From IMG/VR virus record IMGVR_UViG_3300025372_000013: a stretch of DNA of 35,468 bases. One strand, written 5' to 3'. Each line of letters opens with the position of its first letter. Position 1 is the first letter of the stretch. Both the position numbers and the translations under genes were made by a program. Under the pieces are notes generated by a model. The model did not search any database. It was not told where the DNA came from and worked only from the letters and a program-made list of their open reading frames with translations. The stretch comes from an uncultured virus (IMG/VR IMGVR_UViG_3300025372_000013) (taxonomy: Duplodnaviria > Heunggongvirae > Uroviricota > Caudoviricetes). Positions 22,214-32,100 of this stretch are shown here, piece by piece.

Positions 22214-23932
22214 TTACTTAGATTCCTCTTCTGAACTAGGACTGTCCTTTTGTCCAGGAGTCTGTCGTCCAGGGAGTTTTGTTCCGTAAGCTTTTGTTAC
22301 AAGCTCTGCTTGCATCTGAGCTAACGTTTGTTCCTCAAACGGGGTGATAACTCCAGGTTGTCCTAGAGGTCCCGGTCCCGTACCGTCTGCTGGTGCAGCA
22401 CCAGGAGGAAGACTTCCATCCGGCATCATACCAGTTAATGAGGTAATTGCTGACTGGATCTGCTGCTTAACGAGGCTAAGGGCTCCATCGGCCTTAGCAT
22501 CATTAATAAGCTCCGCACGAATTTCCTCAAGCTTTTCGTCAGGGAATTCCTCACCAAGTTGACGTAGAGCACCTTCACGAGACTCAAGGTTCATAGCCAT
22601 CTTTGTCTGGATTTCCTGAAGCGTAATCAGCTTATCTAGAGGAAGTGGAGGTGGGAAGTGGACCACAGACTCATAGGTTAGGGAGTCTGAAATATCCAAT
22701 AGAGGTAGTTGTCCCTCTTTAATAGGGCCGTTTACATCAGGATTGTAGGCAAATACCTCAGGCTCTTTAAATGCCAAGGTAAGAAGTACTAACTCATTGA
22801 TCCTACGAAGGCCTTCTGAGTACTGAACAATCTTCTGGTGGTAGCGGTTCATAAGAGGCTGGTACTGAATAGCCAATGCAACACCCGAAGTGTTGGAAAT
22901 AGGCTGTACCTGGCCAAGAGCTGTCTCCGGTACGCCAACCATTTCATGCATGGCAGACTTAACAACCTTTAGGTACTCAAGAGCTCCCTGCAGGCCAGCT
23001 CCGCCGCCTTCTAGGTTCTCTACACGAGCATCCTTTGGAAGACCGCCCCACACCTTCTTAGGGCCCTTTTCAAGGGCTGAAGCCTTAGCTCCAATAATTA
23101 CCGTTACAGGTGCAGCATGGTAGTTGACAATATCCGCAATATCCGTAGCCACTTCATTATAGTTACGGTTTAGGACGATAAGATCATGGCAATCAGATAG
23201 TCCCCATGGAGAGCCAGAGACTCTTACATTGGGGATATGAATGATCGGTACGACTCCAATAGGATTAGGGCGAGAATCAATAAGCTCATCATTGATGTAC
23301 TCCTCAATACGATCATCAGTCAAAATTTCTGTATAGGTGTAGACCTGGCGAGTACCTTCAATAGATGTGCCCCAGAAACGATACTTGAGCTTAAAGCGAA
23401 TCAAGCGTGAGCGATCATGTGGGTGAAACTCAGGGAAACAGAAAGAAGAGTTAAGTGGAAGAATACGAACTTTACCTGGATGTGGTCGGCCAATAGAATC
23501 TACAAAGGCTTCTTCATAAGCTACTTTAACAAAGCAGTCTCCTGACACGCCGCCTTGTTGGCCCATCTCCCAAAGAGTTCCGTGCTTATCATTATCAATT
23601 TCCCACACACGCTTTAGGATGTCTGGAACGATTGCCTCTGTTGCTTGAGGGCTTCTGAATGATACGCCACGGCTAAAACAAAAGTTAACGATGTAGTCTG
23701 TAAACGCACGATAATAGTTATATACCATCTGCGACTCGCCTACTTCACGGCGGTACGACCAGTGATGGCCGAGATACATTGCCCAGTTAAGAGAATACCG
23801 GTTTAAACGTGGACCGTGTACTTCAAACTCTTCATCAGCAAGTTCTACAAGACCAAGAGGAGAAATCGAAATGGTTAAGTCTGACGACGCCGCCCTATAG
23901 GACGGAGGTGAAAAGTCAACACCACCACTCAT
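22214..23932 (-). CDS. Portal protein (SPP1 gp6-like)
   Basis: YNY......D; GDCFVKV; NPIGVVPIIH.PN......WG.SD; NTSGVAL.I.YQPL; lies between terminase and scaffold. Confidence 0.9.
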   Translation of the reverse strand: MSGGVDFSPPSYRAASSDLTISISPLGLVELADEEFEVHGPRLNRYSLNWAMYLGHHWSYRREVGESQMVYNYYRAFTDYIVNFCFSRGVSFRSPQATEAIVPDILKRVWEIDNDKHGTLWEMGQQGGVSGDCFVKVAYEEAFVDSIGRPHPGKVRILPLNSSFCFPEFHPHDRSRLIRFKLKYRFWGTSIEGTRQVYTYTEILTDDRIEEYINDELIDSRPNPIGVVPIIHIPNVRVSGSPWGLSDCHDLIVLNRNYNEVATDIADIVNYHAAPVTVIIGAKASALEKGPKKVWGGLPKDARVENLEGGGAGLQGALEYLKVVKSAMHEMVGVPETALGQVQPISNTSGVALAIQYQPLMNRYHQKIVQYSEGLRRINELVLLTLAFKEPEVFAYNPDVNGPIKEGQLPLLDISDSLTYESVVHFPPPLPLDKLITLQEIQTKMAMNLESREGALRQLGEEFPDEKLEEIRAELINDAKADGALSLVKQQIQSAITSLTGMMPDGSLPPGAAPADGTGPGPLGQPGVITPFEEQTLAQMQAELVTKAYGTKLPGRQTPGQKDSPSSEEESK

Positions 23933-23987
23933 TGATTATGTCCTAACATTAGTGTGCCCCACAATACCTTCTCTAAAGTTAAGTTCA

Positions 23988-24016
23988 CCAGCCCCGGAGA
24001 AAGGGAACGGGGCTGG
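23988..24016. other. Intergenic hairpin
   Basis: CCAGCCCCG-N11-CGGGGCTGG, 9-bp stem, no U-tract on the minus strand. Confidence 0.55.
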
Positions 24017-24040
24017 GAACCCGTATATTCTATCTTACTT

Positions 24041-24448
24041 TTAGTCGTTTACTGAAGCAGGGTTCATACGCTCCTGGCGTGCGCCATTGCGGATGACCTC
24101 TTCGATGACTACGGTAGAGTGATCGCCAAAGTTGCCTTGTGCGAACTCGCCAAGGAATGTTGGTGCTTCTACCCAAGCAGCAGAACCGACGTGAGCACGC
24201 TCGCTCATTGTCTCGTCAGCATACTTCTCAAAGACGTTCTGGTTGTGGTTTGGACGACCAGCTGGTGTCTCATAACCTTGATCCAAGCCAAGTTGGAAAG
24301 AATTTGGGACATCAGTATCTGATGCAATACCTTCTTCAAAACGAAGTGGACCACGGAGGCCTGGTGTTGCAGGTGACATCTTGCGCTCGTAGGTGTTGCC
24401 TGGACGCTCAGGGTACTGTGGTGCTGGTGCGATATTTGGTGTTGCCAT
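24041..24448 (-). CDS. Hypothetical protein between terminase and portal
   Basis: 135 aa; AGGAG RBS; GPLRFEEG and ERAHVGSA.W motifs; has its own putative promoter. Confidence 0.75.
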   Translation of the reverse strand: MATPNIAPAPQYPERPGNTYERKMSPATPGLRGPLRFEEGIASDTDVPNSFQLGLDQGYETPAGRPNHNQNVFEKYADETMSERAHVGSAAWVEAPTFLGEFAQGNFGDHSTVVIEEVIRNGARQERMNPASVND

Positions 24449-24493
24449 TGTTATATCTCCTATAGGATAAGGGATTGAGGTTCCTCAGGGTTA

Positions 24494-24522
24494 ATTCTGT
24501 CTGGTAGAGGGGGTTTTGTCAT
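24494..24522 (-). promoter_or_regulatory. Putative sigma70/SigA-type promoter
   Basis: ATGACA-N17-CAGAAT. Confidence 0.5.
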
Positions 24523-24528
24523 GGTAAA

Positions 24529-26100
24529 TTAGAAGAAAGGACTAGAACTCACTTCTACACTAGGCATAACCATATCCTGTGTTAAAGAACAGGCTAATGC
24601 TAGAGAATCCACAAAATCATCGTGAGCATGCACTTCGTCAGGGGCAGCCACTAAGAAGTTAGGACCCTTATACTGCACCTCAGCATCCGTCATCTGTTGG
24701 TAGAACTTCTTCCAGATACGAAGGCGACGAGTCTTTGCGTGAGCAGGCCAAGATACCATTTGACGTTGGATAAGGGCCTGAAGGTGCTTCCAGCGCTTAG
24801 ATTGCTCGGTGGGGCTAGAAGTAACCGGTACGACTTCTGCACGAGGCATAAGAATCTTTAGGCGTCCGGCCACTGCATCACCTACACCGTTGGCGTCTAC
24901 TCCAATAGCAAGAACGTCATAGTTGCTCAAAAACTGTTGAATCTGAAAATACTGATCTTCCCAGTCATCTCCCTGTAGCTCTAACCAATTGAGCACTCTA
25001 TGATCATAGTATCCGTACTCATCTGGACGATCCCAGTCTACCCAGACTACTGTGACCACTGTGCTGTCCATCTTACGGGCCGGGTCAACACCGACCACAA
25101 CTGGTGAACGGTGCCAGGATTTAACAATTTCTTGGGAGGTATCACCGAGATCATCCATAATGCTAGATGTAACGAACATACCACGCTCAAGTAGCCACTT
25201 GCAGTTATATGCCATTTGGAACTCATCAGAGTCCTCACCGATACGAAGCATTTCTTTTCTAATGTACTTATCGTAGTTAGGTTGGATCTTAGCTACGTCT
25301 TTCCAGTCCCACTGAAAATGGTTTTGTTTGGCATTACGTCCATGTGTTTGACGACGCTTATTAAGCTGAATAGAACGGTAAAAACCATTCTTAGAAGTTG
25401 TAGGTGTACCGGTCTTAACCATGGTAGCGTTGTAGTACGCACCCATAGGCGCAATTGACTTTGATACTACAAAGTCATCAGCTTCTTGGCACTCATCCAC
25501 AATAATTAGGTGAAATGACTTAGATTCAATCTTAGCTCTTGGGTTGGCAGTCATCATCATGAGAGTGCTGCCAGACTTCTTAAGTTTAAGGTTACGCACA
25601 ACGCCAGGAGTTTTAGTTGGCATATCATCAATCTCTGGGTCGCCAAAGACTTCCATAGCTCTTTCAGAGGTAAGTCGGGACACTGTGCGAGAATAAAGGG
25701 TTTCAACCTGGTTTTGAGTAGGTGCAAACATACCTACCCAGATACCATCGCCAAACTTTCCAAGTAGCTCGGGATACATTCTGGCTAAGCGAGGGAGAAT
25801 AACCATAAGTGTGGCCACTGTGTTGGCGATGGTCTCTGACTTTCCTGACTGACGTGAAGCCAGTGCAGTGATCTCTTCACCATCGTTGATGAGAACTGAT
25901 TCAATAACCCTGCGAGCTAGGGGTTCTTGATATGGGTGCAAGTTGTGCCCAACAAGCATCTCCATAAATTGCATGATTTTTTCTATGAGAACCTTTACAA
26001 ACTCTTTAGAGAGCTCATCCAGCTCATCAGGCACTTCATCTTCAGGAAGGGGATTAAATTCCTCATCCTCTGGAAGATCTACCTCATCAAATTCGCTCAC
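24529..26100 (-). CDS. terL: Terminase large subunit
   Basis: PYQ Q-motif; Walker A SRQSGKS; Walker B LIIVDECQ; GTP coupling motif; nuclease GVDPA, VDANGVG, HDDFVDS. Confidence 0.95.
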   Translation of the reverse strand: MSEFDEVDLPEDEEFNPLPEDEVPDELDELSKEFVKVLIEKIMQFMEMLVGHNLHPYQEPLARRVIESVLINDGEEITALASRQSGKSETIANTVATLMVILPRLARMYPELLGKFGDGIWVGMFAPTQNQVETLYSRTVSRLTSERAMEVFGDPEIDDMPTKTPGVVRNLKLKKSGSTLMMMTANPRAKIESKSFHLIIVDECQEADDFVVSKSIAPMGAYYNATMVKTGTPTTSKNGFYRSIQLNKRRQTHGRNAKQNHFQWDWKDVAKIQPNYDKYIRKEMLRIGEDSDEFQMAYNCKWLLERGMFVTSSIMDDLGDTSQEIVKSWHRSPVVVGVDPARKMDSTVVTVVWVDWDRPDEYGYYDHRVLNWLELQGDDWEDQYFQIQQFLSNYDVLAIGVDANGVGDAVAGRLKILMPRAEVVPVTSSPTEQSKRWKHLQALIQRQMVSWPAHAKTRRLRIWKKFYQQMTDAEVQYKGPNFLVAAPDEVHAHDDFVDSLALACSLTQDMVMPSVEVSSSPFF

Positions 26101-26327
26101 TTAGCAAATCTTTCTGTTAAGGTATCAAGGATGGCATGGATAGACTCTGCAGCAACCCTAGCCTCTTCTAGATGAAATTTTTCGTCTGTCTTTTGCCAGC
26201 TAGATAGATTACGACCAATAGAGTAGATTACTTGATCAGACCAAGAAAGTAACTCCTGCGTAGACAGCTTAGCTACTCTCTTCTCTATGCGTGACTTAGG
26301 CTTCTCTTCTTTTTTCTTAAACATCAT
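26097..26327 (-). CDS. Hypothetical helical protein (76 aa)
   Basis: Start MMFKKK at 26327 after GAGGGG; GTGA overlap with terL. Confidence 0.7.
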   Translation of the reverse strand: MMFKKKEEKPKSRIEKRVAKLSTQELLSWSDQVIYSIGRNLSSWQKTDEKFHLEEARVAAESIHAILDTLTERFAK

Positions 26328-26607
26328 ATTCTTCCCCTCGTACAGTATCCCAATCAAATTCGTCTTGGGCCACTGGTCTTCCAGCAATTGCATTTGTCAA
26401 TGCTTGGCTCTCTTCGTATTGCGCAACCCATTTACCTATGACAATAGAAAGTCGGGTAAAAGGAAGCCTAAATACTAGGCCACTGCCAAACCTAAAAGGG
26501 TGTTCGATTTCTTGGGTAGTTGACTTCTCAAATATAACTTTAGGCTTTAATGGGTACACCATTACATGCCAAAAATATTTATCCCCAACATCATGCGTCT
26601 TGGCCAC
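26317..26607 (-). CDS. Hypothetical protein
   Basis: 96 aa; GGAG RBS, GTG start; overlaps both neighbours. Confidence 0.7.
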   Translation of the reverse strand: MAKTHDVGDKYFWHVMVYPLKPKVIFEKSTTQEIEHPFRFGSGLVFRLPFTRLSIVIGKWVAQYEESQALTNAIAGRPVAQDEFDWDTVRGEEYDV

Positions 26608-26866
26608 TGTCTTCTCCCTCTTGACATTCGTGGTCTGGAATTTCGTGCTCTAATACTAACATAGAACAGTCCCGACACTTGAACACCTTGGGAGGGCGAA
26701 AGTTATTTTGTGCAGTAGCGCCTTCTAAAATCTCATCTCCAGGTCTAGGGTAATCAGTAATTACCTCAGGCCTAAAAAAGATTTCAGGAGGAAATGGGCC
26801 CTTAGTACCTTGTGAAGATCTAGGTACTGGATGGCCTTGCTTTGTTTCTACCCTCTCGATTGACAT
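26591..26866 (-). CDS. Hypothetical protein with C-terminal C2HC zinc-finger-like motif
   Basis: FKCRDC.........HEC; TAATG coupling. Confidence 0.7.
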   Translation of the reverse strand: MSIERVETKQGHPVPRSSQGTKGPFPPEIFFRPEVITDYPRPGDEILEGATAQNNFRPPKVFKCRDCSMLVLEHEIPDHECQEGEDSGQDA

Positions 26867-27153
26867 TATTCAGCCGCAGGTGTTTCAGCCACTGCTTCAG
26901 CCACTGCCTCATCGGCCACTGCCTCAGCTACTGGCGCTTCGGGTGTTGTTTGCTTCTTAGCAGAAACTTTCTTAGCTGGGGCCACTGCCTCTTCAGCCAC
27001 TGTCTTGATGTCATTTGTCAAACGTACAACAAAATCAGGAAGAATCTCATTAAGATCATAAGGAAGATGCAAGTTACAGAACACCTGATGGACAGCACCA
27101 GGGTACTCAACTCGGAAGCCTGCTTCTGCTGTGCAATTAAGGCATTGTGCCAT
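26866..27153 (-). CDS. Small CxxC..CxxH zinc-binding protein with Ala/Glu-rich tail
   Basis: CLNC..EA...FCNLH; tail of tandem AEAV units (12-nt repeats at ~26885-26935); AAGGA RBS. Confidence 0.7.
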   Translation of the reverse strand: MAQCLNCTAEAGFRVEYPGAVHQVFCNLHLPYDLNEILPDFVVRLTNDIKTVAEEAVAPAKKVSAKKQTTPEAPVAEAVADEAVAEAVAETPAAE

Positions 27154-27213
27154 TTTATGGTCCTTTCGGGTATTTTTAAAGAATATCGGTATATCTTACA
27201 CTAGGTTAGCGGT

Positions 27214-27242
27214 TTGCACACCCCTGTATTTACGGCTATACT
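27214..27242 (+). promoter_or_regulatory. Sigma70/SigA-type promoter
   Basis: TTGCAC-N17-TATACT, near consensus, upstream of the only plus-strand gene. Confidence 0.75.
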
Positions 27243-27249
27243 AATAGCA

Positions 27250-27380
27250 GGAAGGAAACTTCCAACACTAACAACGAAACAAAAGAGTTACAACTGCCTC
27301 GGTAGAAAGAGACCAGGCTGCTAGGTACCTAGTGACAGTAGGTAAATAGTTCGGGTTGGCTCTCTAGCCTAGGAGATAGT
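27250..27380 (+). ncRNA. Candidate structured 5' leader RNA
   Basis: GGAAG-GAAA-CTTCC 5' hairpin, then a multistem element at 27284-27363 next to the RBS. Confidence 0.4.
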
Positions 27381-27902
27381 GTGAATATAAATGACAAAAG
27401 GAATTATCTAATCCTTGGGCTTGTAGCCCTTCTATCCTGCGGAAACCTAATAGCCCTGCCAGCCAAGGCGGCAGCGCCAGTGATAGAAAGATGCCTAACC
27501 CCACTAGGCGAGTACAGTTTAGCCAAAAAACTCAACCCAAAGCAGCTTTACCAAGTATTGCAGTTTGCCGGGTTTAAAGGCCATTCCCTTAAGGTGGCTT
27601 GGGCTATCGCCATGAAAGAAACTCATGGAAATCCTATAGCTCATAATTTTAGTAACAAGACTCAAGATGATTCCTACGGAGTCTTCCAGATTAACCTTTA
27701 CGGGGCTTTAAAGGGCCGTATAAAGGAGTTTGGTCTTAAGTCGGCTAAAGAGTTAACCAATCCTATTTTAAACGCTAAGATCGCCTACAGAATGAGTTCT
27801 GGGGGTACTGATTGGTCACCTTGGCATGCTAATCCAGGAGAGCGAGATCACTGGTTAGTTCAGCAGTGGATTAAGCTCTGCCCTCAGATATTGAGGGCTT
27901 AA
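27381..27902 (+). CDS. Secreted lysozyme-like / lytic transglycosylase
   Basis: Signal-peptide-like N-terminus (…PAKA); AIAMKET.GNP.A catalytic Glu; SYGVFQIN; NP..NAKIAY...W.PW. Confidence 0.85.
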   Translation: MNINDKRNYLILGLVALLSCGNLIALPAKAAAPVIERCLTPLGEYSLAKKLNPKQLYQVLQFAGFKGHSLKVAWAIAMKETHGNPIAHNFSNKTQDDSYGVFQINLYGALKGRIKEFGLKSAKELTNPILNAKIAYRMSSGGTDWSPWHANPGERDHWLVQQWIKLCPQILRA

Positions 27903-28195
27903 GCCTTCTTACCAGCTCTGCGCTTGTTCTCCTTGGCAGTATTCTTGCCATGCTTGAGCGGGCGCAGATTGCTGGCGGAATCATTATCATGATTGTTATC
28001 TTTGTGGTCTACGTCTGTACCCTTAGATAGCTTGCCGTGCTTCTTTTCATACTTAGCACGAGCAGCGTTCTTAGAAGTAGTGTGCCACTTACCCTTTGAG
28101 TCTTTATAGTGCTCAACGATAATCTTGCGGCCGCCATTAGCGGCAGAGCCTTTATACTCTTTTCCGCCAGCTACTTCTTTTTTCTTTGTTGCCAT
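27899..28195 (-). CDS. Small basic HNH-motif protein
   Basis: DVDHKDNN..ND...NLR......N (beta-beta-alpha-Me motif). Confidence 0.75.
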   Translation of the reverse strand: MATKKKEVAGGKEYKGSAANGGRKIIVEHYKDSKGKWHTTSKNAARAKYEKKHGKLSKGTDVDHKDNNHDNDSASNLRPLKHGKNTAKENKRRAGKKA

Positions 28196-28518
28196 TACTT
28201 CTTGCCTTTATTCCTTTTAGAGATAGCTGCAGCCTTCTTCTTAGCATCAGCTTTAGAAGATGCGCCCCAAGCCTGTAGTGAAAGTAGAAGGCGTGTTGGC
28301 TCTCCATTTGGCTTGTGCTCTGGGCCAGGAGCATTACCCATACGAGCTAGGAATGATGCACGGCGTGGATTATCTCCAGACTTAACTGGAGCCTTAAGAT
28401 TGTGTCCCTCTTTCTTAGCAGAAGCACGTCCCTTAGCATTAAGGCCGCCCTTAGGGTTCTGACCTTCCTTGCGTGTCCATGCAGCGGACTTATGGTGTTC
28501 CTTCTTTTTTTCAGCCAT
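28195..28518 (-). CDS. Basic phage protein (DUF6321-like)
   Basis: PKGGLNAKGR....NLKAPV...NPRRASF.ARM...R....L.AW. Confidence 0.7.
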   Translation of the reverse strand: MAEKKKEHHKSAAWTRKEGQNPKGGLNAKGRASAKKEGHNLKAPVKSGDNPRRASFLARMGNAPGPEHKPNGEPTRLLLSLQAWGASSKADAKKKAAAISKRNKGKK

Positions 28519-28686
28519 TTACTTTTTCTTCTTTCTGGCAGCTGCCATATTGTCAACAAGGTTTGGGTAGGGACGACCAGCTGCTTTTGCACGAGCTTTA
28601 GCAGAAGACTTCTCTTTTTTACTTAGCTTTGTATGCTTACCCTTATCAGGGTCTTTTTTATCCCAGACTGGTTTCTCTTTAGCCAT
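28519..28686 (-). CDS. Small basic protein (55 aa, not in ORF track)
   Basis: MAKEKPVWDKKDPDKGKHTKLSKKEKSSAKARAKAAGRPYPNLVDNMAAARKKKK*; GAGGAG RBS; fills the gap exactly. Confidence 0.85.
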   Translation of the reverse strand: MAKEKPVWDKKDPDKGKHTKLSKKEKSSAKARAKAAGRPYPNLVDNMAAARKKKK

Positions 28687-28952
28687 TAAAAGTGCTCCTC
28701 ATGATCTTTGTGGGTCTTAAATCTACCACAGAAATTGCAAGTAACACGTTCATTCTCTTCCAAAGATCCCATGGACTCTAGGGTGTTTTCGTGGGCAACT
28801 ACGCCCTTATAGCTTGTAAACGGGACACCGTATCGTTGGGAAGCGTCTACTACCTCTGGATCATTCCATGGGCGTGCAGCAGGAGACTTTCTGTTAGAAA
28901 CAGACATGCGAACATTGTTTTTGCCCCAATATATGTCTTTTCTACGAGCCAC
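28686..28952 (-). CDS. Hypothetical protein with C-terminal CxxC/His
   Basis: 88 aa; CNFC....H..H..H; coupled to both neighbours. Confidence 0.7.
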   Translation of the reverse strand: MARRKDIYWGKNNVRMSVSNRKSPAARPWNDPEVVDASQRYGVPFTSYKGVVAHENTLESMGSLEENERVTCNFCGRFKTHKDHEEHF

Positions 28953-29131
28953 TAGTTACTCGATTCGCCATTAGCTCCACGTCCGGGACGTGCAACAAAA
29001 GTCTCCTTATTAGGATCTTTTTGGTAGCGCAAGCCTAAAGACCAATCCTTAAAAGCTTGTGCGCCATATTTAAGGTTTGGTGCTTGGCGTTGTGCCTTTG
29101 GTTGGTCTTTAAAAGAACTCAGGCGACCCAC
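28952..29131 (-). CDS. Small hypothetical protein (59 aa, not in ORF track)
   Basis: AAGGAG RBS, GTG start: MGRLSSFKDQPKAQRQAPNLKYGAQAFKDWSLGLRYQKDPNKETFVARPGRGANGESSN*; TAGTG overlap. Confidence 0.75.
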   Translation of the reverse strand: MGRLSSFKDQPKAQRQAPNLKYGAQAFKDWSLGLRYQKDPNKETFVARPGRGANGESSN

Positions 29132-29133
29132 GA

Positions 29134-32100
29134 TTACTCCTTGTCAGTCGTTGGTGTGCCGTTTCCGTAAAGCTTGCGAAGATCTGCAGCATTGTTTTGT
29201 TCTACAAACTGACCTTCGGTACGAGTAAATGGCTTAATCTTTGCAACGGCTTCTGGCTTGAGCTGTTCTGTCTCACCAGATGCGTTTGTAAATGAATGAA
29301 GTCCTTTAAGTGTGCGAGGTGCAAGAGCAGGACGACCGGCTTGATCCATCTTAATAGCCATGTCCTTCCAAGCAGCTTCATTATTAGCTTTACGTGTTCC
29401 GGCTAATGCAGCAGTTACTTCGCCGCACTTTGCACAGTTTCCTGAGCTCATTCCAACCCTAATATGGTTTTCGTGAGCACATTGTGGGCAGTTAGCAACT
29501 GGGCTAGATTCTGAGTCATGTTTTGCATAATGTTCTGGATCCTCGTACGAGTTAACAGCCATTCCGCTAAGCTCAATGCCTACAGGCTTGTTTTTAGACA
29601 TACGATCAATAGCCGCAGTAGTAGTAATTCCCTTGCTAGCCAGTTCTTTCATGATGTCTCCAGCATGAATGGCGTTTTGAGGAATACTATGCTTTTCAAA
29701 TACACGGCGCTCAGTACCATCTTTGGAGCGGTACTTATATGGGTGCCAGCCTTCATGATAGAAGTCTCCACCCTCCATGCTTCCTCTAACTAGAGGAACT
29801 CCGCCAGCATCTGGGTGGGCAGTAAATCCGGTGAATTCCTGCTCACTACCTGTAAGGTTAAAACCTGGATGTTCAGGGTGGTTTGTATTTGAGAATGGAA
29901 CAATCTCACCGCTCTTTGGTGCCTTAAAGTAGTCTTCATCACGAATGATGTGACCCTTACTCTTATCGGTACCTTCAACGTAAGTTGTCTGCTTTCCTTC
30001 TTTCCAACGCTCTGCTTTATCCATAAGATTGCGGGTAGCAAGAAGACGGTCTTCGTTAATGCCTGTCTTTTGACCATTGACTTTAACTTGTTGACCACCA
30101 GAACCGGTATGAGCAGCAAGTTTTTTGAGGTCCTTATTAGCACCTGAGGTATCTTCTTCAATACCAGCATGGTGCATAACATAGGCCATAGAAGCAACAT
30201 GTTCTCTTGTAAATGTTGGGCCGTTTACTTGTTGTGGAGTCATGCCTAGACGTGTAGCCAAACGCTTAGCTCTTTCATGAACTTCAGGAGCCATAAGGGT
30301 ATTTGGCACACCTTGTTGAGAGCGATTAAGCAACTTTTGGGTGTCAACATAGTTACGCTCGTCACTAAGTGTTGCTGGAGCACCGGCAGAAGTCTCATTA
30401 AGCTTTAGTTCGCTAGTCTTGGTGTTTCTAGAACGATTACGAGCATTGCGCCTACGTTCTTTTTCAAGATCTTCGTCAGAGCGATTCTCATCTTGATAGA
30501 GAGACGTGTCAATGTGGATTAAGTTATTACGGTTGCTTGGACGTTCTGGCTTGTCAAGGGCAGGAGTAATATTAGAACCACGTACGCCTGGGGCTTCCTC
30601 ATACGTTACTGTATCAGGCTCATTTGAGAAATATCCGCCTTCAGGCTCAACATACGCCCGATTATGCTGTTTAAGATCTGCCGTATAAGCAGCCTCGGCA
30701 GCCTTAAGATGCTGCTGTCCCTTATCATCAAATTCTCCGTTTAAGTACTTAGCGTGCTTTTCCCTAAGTCGGTTCATGGACGCAGTGCGAGCATTAAACG
30801 CCGCCTCATGGGCTGGGGATCTGAATACGGGCGCAGGTGTTACACGCTCTCGCATGGTGGTTGTAGACATAGGGTTTGCTCCTGGCTTTACAGGGCGACC
30901 CTTCTCATCAAAGTAATCACTGTTGATATCGTGTTCAGGCTTTACATTGCCCTCTTCATCCCAAAGATCCTGTTGATCCCATGGAGTTTCACCAAATCGT
31001 GGCTCTGCAGGAGCTTTTACAGGCTTTGGTGCACGCTGTCCTTTAGCAGCACGTTCAGCTGCTACATCTTTAGCAGTAGCTGCACGTAGCTTAGCTTCAC
31101 GCCTATCCATAAGATCTTGGCGGTCAGAACCAGACATTGCCTCTTCTACTTCTTTAGAAGGATAGAGTTCTGCGTTTTCACGCTTTTCTCTCTCTTCTTC
31201 GGACTCTTCTACATGCGTGCCTTCTTCAAGCTGATTTTTCTTAGGCTCAGTTGTTTCAGCGTTATCAGACTTGTCTACTGTGGGAATACCGGAAGCAGCA
31301 CGACTTGCATCGTCTTCACGCTCATCGAGTCCCTGTCCACGCTCACCTTCAGTTTTAGGAACCATATCCTTAGTGCTGATAACTTCGCCTTTGTTATTTT
31401 TAAAGGCTGTAAGAGGACGTTCAGCATCATATGCAGCACGATCAGGAGATGCTTCTTTTCCATTTGCAAACTTTGAAGGAAGTCCCTTCCTAGTTCCGGG
31501 TCTATCTACTTGAGCTACGTTAATTGCCTCACGCATAGTTGTGCTGAGAGGTGAGTTAGGGTCGCTATATGGGTAGTTTACGTTACCTTCTTCATCGTAA
31601 ACTGGAATCTTAACCGGGGCGCTGTCATCCATACCTTCTTTAACTGAAGGACCGTGATTCTCGTCCTCTGTGTCATAAGGATTACCATTAGCATCTCTAC
31701 GCATAGTAGTTGTAGCAAGATCTGGTGCCTCAAAAGCATCAGCAATCTCTTTACGGCGCTGCTCATTACGATTCTTACGGAATGTGTCTGGCTTGATACC
31801 TGTAGAAGATTCAATTGTTTCCTGTGTAGAGGTGTCTACAGGAGTATAGCCACGGTCACGTGCGGTTCGCAAAGTAGCATCTGTATCAACAACATGTCGG
31901 CCAAATTTGCCCATGCGCATAGATGTGGTTTTAAGGTTTTCTGTGTGCTCTTGTTCAGCAGCTGCTGCAGCTTCTTCTGCTCGAGCAGCATCTGCATTTC
32001 TACGATTAGCCGATGCAGTCTTATCATACTCAGCAGCAATTCTTTCTAAACCAAATACGTTATTAACTGTTTCAGGGGCTGGAAAAGTATCATTAGATTC

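Noticed and set aside
26885..26935. 12-nt tandem repeats (GCCACTGCYTCA-like)
   Set aside because: They simply encode the AEAV low-complexity tail; no spacers or regulatory context.
26097..27153. Terminase small subunit among the four ORFs upstream of terL
   Set aside because: None shows a recognisable HTH/oligomerisation pattern; position alone is insufficient.
27250..27380. c-di-AMP (ydaO) or c-di-GMP riboswitch assignment
   Set aside because: I could not find their conserved sequence blocks by eye; kept only as an unassigned candidate.
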